A DNA stretch of 20,000 nt from an uncultured virus (IMG/VR IMGVR_UViG_3300033148_003111) (taxonomy: Duplodnaviria; Heunggongvirae; Uroviricota; Caudoviricetes). The notes under the pieces are model-generated. The model made no database searches and was not told the DNA's origin. It saw only the letters and a list, made by a program, of their open reading frames with translations. The stretch is from the IMG/VR virus record IMGVR_UViG_3300033148_003111; one strand, given 5' to 3'. This document shows, piece after piece, positions 16,521 to 20,000 of the stretch; positions within the stretch are counted from its first letter, which is position 1; every line of letters begins with the position of its first letter. The translations under genes and the position numbers were made by a program.

Positions 16521-16702
16521 TAGTGTACCTCCCTGTTGGTCCTGTTGGTTTCATCGTGGATCTTTCCATGCCTGACCGCACCATACCTCATCCTCTTATG
16601 CCATCCAAACCAGACCTTGCCCTTCATTACCAGGCCCGACATCTCTCCAAGAATGATATATGTGTCTATGAAATCCTGATGTCCCATCACCGAATTTCCC
16701 AA
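16520..16702 (-). CDS. Hypothetical protein (~60 aa)
   Basis: Fills the gap between the PGDYG-like and Zn-ribbon genes, with stop/start overlap. No motif. Confidence 0.4.
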   Translation of the reverse strand: MGNSVMGHQDFIDTYIILGEMSGLVMKGKVWFGWHKRMRYGAVRHGKIHDETNRTNREVH

Positions 16703-16939
16703 TTAACCTTCTTTTTTGGGATGAACTTCCATATCCCACAACTTCTGAGCCTCATCATCTACCGGCTCGTAAGTCTTGCGGAAGATTTCATCGCCGCAGG
16801 GATACACCTCACCCTCGACTCCGGTAATCAACCACTCGCCGGGGTATCCTTTCAGTGTTCCCTCGCGTGTGGTAATCTGCGTCTTCTCCAAAATCCTTAC
16901 CGCAGAGATGACAACCGGCTTTTTTCTGAACTTAGCCAT
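16703..16939 (-). CDS. PGDYG-like phage protein
   Basis: KFRKKPVVISAV...ITTREG....PGEWLITGVEGEVYPC..EIFRKTYE signature. AAGGAG RBS. Confidence 0.85.
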   Translation of the reverse strand: MAKFRKKPVVISAVRILEKTQITTREGTLKGYPGEWLITGVEGEVYPCGDEIFRKTYEPVDDEAQKLWDMEVHPKKEG

Positions 16940-17052
16940 CTGGAACACTCCTTTTTCCGGTAAGGCCAGTCTTGTCCTTCGTACATGAATCTACCTCGCT
17001 TTCGGTAATCACTGTTACCGCTCGTTACTGAACATTCCTTTCCAAAACATCT

Positions 17053-17160
17053 CTAGCCATCATGAAGTGTGTACTGATTTTGATACAGTTCTAACACAAA
17101 ACCTGTGGGCGTATTACTGCTGCCCTCGCATCCTGGTATATAGACACAACCGCACTCCAT
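17053..17160 (-). CDS. Micro-ORF, 35 aa (MECGCVYIPGCEG...)
   Basis: GAGGT RBS directly after the upstream stop. Confidence 0.4.
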   Translation of the reverse strand: MECGCVYIPGCEGSSNTPTGFVLELYQNQYTLHDG

Positions 17161-17168
17161 TCTCTACC

Positions 17169-17381
17169 TCACCACTCACCCACATCTGAGATCTCGCCGT
17201 CTTTCACACATATCACCGGCTGTCCCTCGATGGCTATCATCATTGTGGGCCTCAGATCGGAGGTGACATCCTCCGATCCGCACTCCGGGCAGGGCCTACA
17301 CGGACTTTGCCCTACCGTCTGGGCGTCATCTTCTATCAGGAACCGCCGTTTGCACAGTCGGCATTGAGCATAGATGATCAT
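17169..17381 (-). CDS. Zn-ribbon protein (FmdB-like pattern)
   Basis: YAQCRLCKRRF...PCPECGSEDV. Confidence 0.7.
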   Translation of the reverse strand: MIIYAQCRLCKRRFLIEDDAQTVGQSPCRPCPECGSEDVTSDLRPTMMIAIEGQPVICVKDGEISDVGEW

Positions 17382-17573
17382 TCAGCACCCCATTCGGTCA
17401 ATAGTTGCAACAACAATCGGCCCTGGATTCCCCCGAAGCCCATCAATCTCGTCGCACAGGTCACGGATCGTATTGGCTATCAGGGTTTCTTTCCTCGATT
17501 CTATAAGAAGCAGCGGGTTTTCAGGGTAAGAACCATAAAAGGTGGCATCCTTGGCAACCTTCCATGTAATCAA
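17382..17573 (-). CDS. Hypothetical protein (~63 aa)
   Basis: Abuts the downstream gene. TTG start is uncertain. Confidence 0.5.
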   Translation of the reverse strand: MITWKVAKDATFYGSYPENPLLLIESRKETLIANTIRDLCDEIDGLRGNPGPIVVATIDRMGC

Positions 17574-17744
17574 TCTGGCCTTCTATAAGTCAGCCCTCAT
17601 CCGTCAGACCTCCCAGGGCCTGGAGATCAGCCATCTGGCCGGGGAGCTAACGCCCAGGATTATCCCTGAATCCCTAGTATCGATAGCTCTCATTATAGCC
17701 CCTGAAAACATAAGTAATTTCAATAAGATAGAGCAATTATTGGT

Positions 17745-17753
17745 ATTATATCA
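17745..17753 (-). promoter_or_regulatory. Extended -10 promoter-like element TGATATAAT
   Basis: Perfect TGnTATAAT in an AT-rich intergenic stretch just after the 17763 stop. A second TATAAT lies at 17692-17697. Confidence 0.5.
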
Positions 17754-17762
17754 TACCGCTAA

Positions 17763-18074
17763 CTAAGGTAATTTATCCTTATTTTTCGGTGATTTACCAA
17801 TCACCACTACTGGTGATATAGGTCCACCTGACCCGAAAATCCTTAGCTTTCCGTCCGCTGACACATCATGACTGACAGATCGGCCCTTGGGAACCTCGAT
17901 AGACCTTGCATACAGTGGGCGCTCTTGCATCGGCTCTGGTGTGGGGTCTGCTGATGGTTCTGGTGTCGGGTCTGGTGCCGGAAAGATCTTGTCCCGTACC
18001 GCATCCTGATAAGGGGAGGGGTTCATCGCCTTTCTTATGGCCTCGAATTTCCTCACCTCATCCACTACATCCAC
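17763..18074 (-). CDS. Hypothetical protein with Pro-rich linker (DPTPEP x2)
   Basis: ORF track. Duplicated DPTPEP motif. Start is uncertain. Confidence 0.55.
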   Translation of the reverse strand: MDVVDEVRKFEAIRKAMNPSPYQDAVRDKIFPAPDPTPEPSADPTPEPMQERPLYARSIEVPKGRSVSHDVSADGKLRIFGSGGPISPVVVIGKSPKNKDKLP

Positions 18075-18088
18075 CTTTTTGCTGTCCG

Positions 18089-18430
18089 CTATCCGATAGG
18101 ACTCGGGATCAGGGGTCGCAGGGACCGGGGAAGGATTGATGTACCTGCCAGCTTATCGAGAGCCGTCAGGACCGCATCCCTGGCCTCATCGATGGACTCC
18201 TGCTTATCCTCTACCTCGGCTCTCAGTTCTTGATTGTCGGCTTCCAGGGCCTTGTTCTCTTTGGTTGGTTCATCGATCCAGGCCAGCCGGTCGGCCAGTT
18301 CAGCGGCCTTCGGGACGCTAGAAGCTACCGCGACTATCTCCCCCTTGTGGAAAACTATCGCATCCTTGGTCGTCCACTCTGGTTGTTTCTTAGCCTTCTT
18401 TTTCTTCTTTTTCCTCTGTTCTTTTGCCAT
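18089..18430 (-). CDS. Basic N-terminus coiled-coil protein (MAKEQRKKKKKK...)
   Basis: AAGGGAG RBS before ATG 18430. Coiled coil ENKALEADNQELRAEVEDKQ. Confidence 0.65.
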   Translation of the reverse strand: MAKEQRKKKKKKAKKQPEWTTKDAIVFHKGEIVAVASSVPKAAELADRLAWIDEPTKENKALEADNQELRAEVEDKQESIDEARDAVLTALDKLAGTSILPRSLRPLIPSPIG

Positions 18431-18962
18431 CGGTATCTCCCTTCTTCTCGGTGCATTTGCACATTTCTGGAACCCATCCTTGGGGTCCACCACTCTCGTA
18501 TCCACCATCCGGGTCTTCCCCGGTCCCCTTGCAGATAGAGCAGTTGGGATCTGGGTATCCCTCGGGCCTGTCCAGAGAATCGAGTAGTTCTTCTACGCTG
18601 TTCACCCACGTAATCATTCGGCGCATCAGGCCGGAAGGTTCGCCTTTCGCATACAGCCCAATGATGGAAACCCCGCTGGCCCAGGCCGCGCCGACTTCCG
18701 CCCAGGCATCCGTACCGGCAGGACTGATGTAGATCATCAGGTCACATCTTGTCGCACCCTCGATATCGAATCTGAACTTTTCCTCACCGTCTTTCGACCA
18801 CACCCAATCATCGAAGTTCATCTTCCCGCGTAAAACATCGCGCTCGAAAATAGCGGATTTCTCCACGAAAGATAGAACCTCATGACCCATCCCTCTTAGG
18901 CGGGCGGTCAGCAGTTCGACGGCGTGTTGGTTCTTCCAACTCGTTGCGATGTAGATTTTCAT
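18390..18962 (-). CDS. Nucleoside 2-deoxyribosyltransferase (NDT)-like protein with C-terminal CxxCxGxG Zn motif
   Basis: MKIYIATSW, FDIEGATRCDLMI, GTDAWAEVGAAWASG (catalytic Glu motif), then CSICKGTG...CKC. The frame is also open upstream to 19253. Confidence 0.75.
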   Translation of the reverse strand: MKIYIATSWKNQHAVELLTARLRGMGHEVLSFVEKSAIFERDVLRGKMNFDDWVWSKDGEEKFRFDIEGATRCDLMIYISPAGTDAWAEVGAAWASGVSIIGLYAKGEPSGLMRRMITWVNSVEELLDSLDRPEGYPDPNCSICKGTGEDPDGGYESGGPQGWVPEMCKCTEKKGDTDGKRTEEKEEKEG

Positions 18963-19062
18963 TTCGATTGGCTCTTTATGTAGTTGACCACAGCTTCCGC
19001 TCCATTGAGAGTAATACCCATCACCTTTTCGCCCACCTCCGAGCAGCATATTCAGTGGACCA

Positions 19063-19236
19063 CCACGATCACGACCGCGCCCGCGACCGCGACCGCGACC
19101 ACGACCGCGACCGCGACCGCGACCGCGACCACGCCCACGACCGCGACCGCGACCGCGACCGCGACCGCGACCGCGACCGCGACCACGACCGCGACCACGA
19201 CCGCGACCGCGACCGCGACCGCGACCGCAACCGCGA
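19063..19236. repeat. Tandem hexanucleotide repeat (CCGCGA)x29 with point variants
   Basis: Counted 29 units over 174 nt. Variants are CCACGA, CCGCGC, CCACGC, CCGCAA and TCACGA. Confidence 0.95.
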
Positions 19237-19272
19237 CCGGTCAAATCCCGTTCTCAAAATCGCTGCGTTCAT
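19069..19272 (-). CDS. Arg/Ser(Trp)-dipeptide-repeat peptide (MNAAILRTGFD-(RS/WS)n)
   Basis: ATGA overlap with the stop of the upstream Sm-like gene. Short unique leader, then the repeat. Confidence 0.55.
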   Translation of the reverse strand: MNAAILRTGFDRSRLRSRSRSRSRSWSRSWSRSRSRSRSRSRSRSWAWSRSRSRSRSWSRSRSRARS

Positions 19273-19604
19273 TTTTGATCTCGCGGCAATGGGTGTTTCC
19301 AGATTGCTGCATCTATAATCGCTCCACGCCCTACCACCAGTTCATCAGGATATGGCTCAACCTCTTTCAATTCACCAGATTTCAATGCGTCAGCATATCG
19401 CCCAGTGTCCGCGATCCACGCAGCATTCTCCAATACCAATTCCTGCTGTGTCACCCGAATCAGCTTACCCGTCAAATAATGCGTGACGGTACGAATTAGA
19501 TAGTTCTTGCCGATCTCGTAAGGATGTTGAGTCGGCACGTTGTCATAATCAAACACTGATCTCAATTCTTTCACCTGTCCCAACGTTAGTTCATCGATAT
19601 TCAT
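19269..19604 (-). CDS. DUF6948-like protein with Sm/LSm-like beta-strand pattern
   Basis: AAGGAGG RBS. MNIDELTLGQVKEL...IGKNYLIRTVTHYLTGKLIRVTQQELVLENAAWIADTGR...EVEP resembles DUF6948 from memory and the Sm1 motif spacing. Confidence 0.7.
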   Translation of the reverse strand: MNIDELTLGQVKELRSVFDYDNVPTQHPYEIGKNYLIRTVTHYLTGKLIRVTQQELVLENAAWIADTGRYADALKSGELKEVEPYPDELVVGRGAIIDAAIWKHPLPRDQK

Positions 19605-19770
19605 TTTTTCCTCCTTTTATGGGTTTCGGTTTCCCTTTAGGGCTTGGCGGGTTTGTTCTTGAGCGACGCTCTAACATATCCAATAGGCATCACTTGTCCT
19701 CCAAGAGTTTTCCGTCGGGTTTGGTAGGCTTTTCACCCCACCACTCCCATCATGACCAGACCACTCTCAA

Positions 19771-20000
19771 TCATCTAGCCTCCAAGATTTGTATGAGGGT
19801 CTTTAGCTGCCAGCGTCGCTCCACCACATCCGCCGCCGCCGCCGCATCCACCACATCCGCCTCCGCCGCCGCCGCCGCCGCATCCACCACATCCGCCTCC
19901 GCCGCATCCGCCGCCGCCGCCGCCGCCTCCGCCGCCAACCACGCCGCCGCCACCGACCACGCCGCCGCCGCATCCGCCGCCGCCGCCGCATCCGCCGCCG
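19771..20000 (-). CDS. C-terminus of Ala-rich low-complexity phage protein (5'-truncated by window edge)
   Basis: Frame open to the window end: (AAAAD/W/E)n, DVVDAAA repeats, ending ERRWQLKTLIQILEAR, an ending common in phage Ala-repeat proteins. Confidence 0.7.
   Translation of the reverse strand, partial: AADAAAAADAAAAWSVAAAWLAAEAAAAAADAAEADVVDAAAAAAEADVVDAAAAADVVERRWQLKTLIQILEAR

Noticed and set aside
16167..16963. + strand ORFs 16167-16442 (hydrophobic) and 16523-16963
   Set aside because: They are antisense to RBS-bearing minus-strand genes (PGDYG-like, Zn-ribbon). The hydrophobicity reflects the T-rich complement of purine-rich coding sequence.
10021..16995. 11-bp match ATGAATCTACC at 10021 and 16985
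   Set aside because: Matches of this length are expected many times by chance in 20 kb.
16995..17035. Hammerhead ribozyme-like stem followed by GAAA
   Set aside because: The required CUGANGA core is absent directly before the stem.
18944..19499. + strand ORFs reading (RD)n and (TA)n through the hexamer repeat
   Set aside because: They are antisense to well-supported minus-strand genes and have no RBS. The open frames are a by-product of the stop-free repeat.
19775..19991. Poly-Gly/Cys and poly-Arg ORFs
   Set aside because: They are shadow frames of the (GCG)n Ala-rich gene, whose frame alone ends in a protein-like ERRWQLKTLIQILE tail.
1..20000. Genome-wide stop-codon reassignment (TGA or TAG), prompted by the in-frame TGAs near 19254-19271 and the many short ORFs
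   Set aside because: TGA, TAG and TAA all terminate recognisable genes at sensible ends, with RBS/ATG or ATGA/TGATG overlaps following. Standard code 11 fits.

Overview
This window looks like a fragment of a prokaryotic virus or provirus. The host is probably bacterial, judging by AGGAG/GGAGG ribosome-binding sites, two TGnTATAAT promoter-like boxes and a lipobox protein. No capsid, terminase/packaging ATPase, polymerase or integrase gene was recognised, so the viral call rests on gene content and organisation. There are two convergent gene blocks. The + strand block (1-9499) holds a glycan-modification cluster: GT4, SAM methyltransferase, polysaccharide pyruvyltransferase, an unannotated 37-aa ORF and two paralogous GT2 genes. 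The last GT2 overlaps the start of a series of proteins that mostly carry hydrophobic C-terminal anchors, followed by an SLT-like protein and an HExxH protein. The - strand block (9516-20000) is a dense array of about 35 small accessory ORFs: many Cys/Zn-finger proteins, DUF4259-like, XRE-HTH, RHH-like, PGDYG-like, nucleoside 2-deoxyribosyltransferase (NDT)-like, DUF6948/Sm-like and an Ala-rich protein. Four observations stand out. (i) An Sm-like gene is coupled to a 29-unit hexanucleotide repeat that reads (RS/WS)n in one frame and (GR)n in another. The GR frame is the Sm-like gene's own frame and stays open into the NDT-like enzyme. (ii) An exact 19-bp direct repeat duplicates the convergence junction and brackets a 536-bp two-gene cassette. 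(iii) The glycosylation/pyruvylation/methylation cluster contains an embedded micro-peptide. (iv) A CxxC..H..CGP module recurs in several proteins. All family assignments are motif recognition by eye, not database searches.
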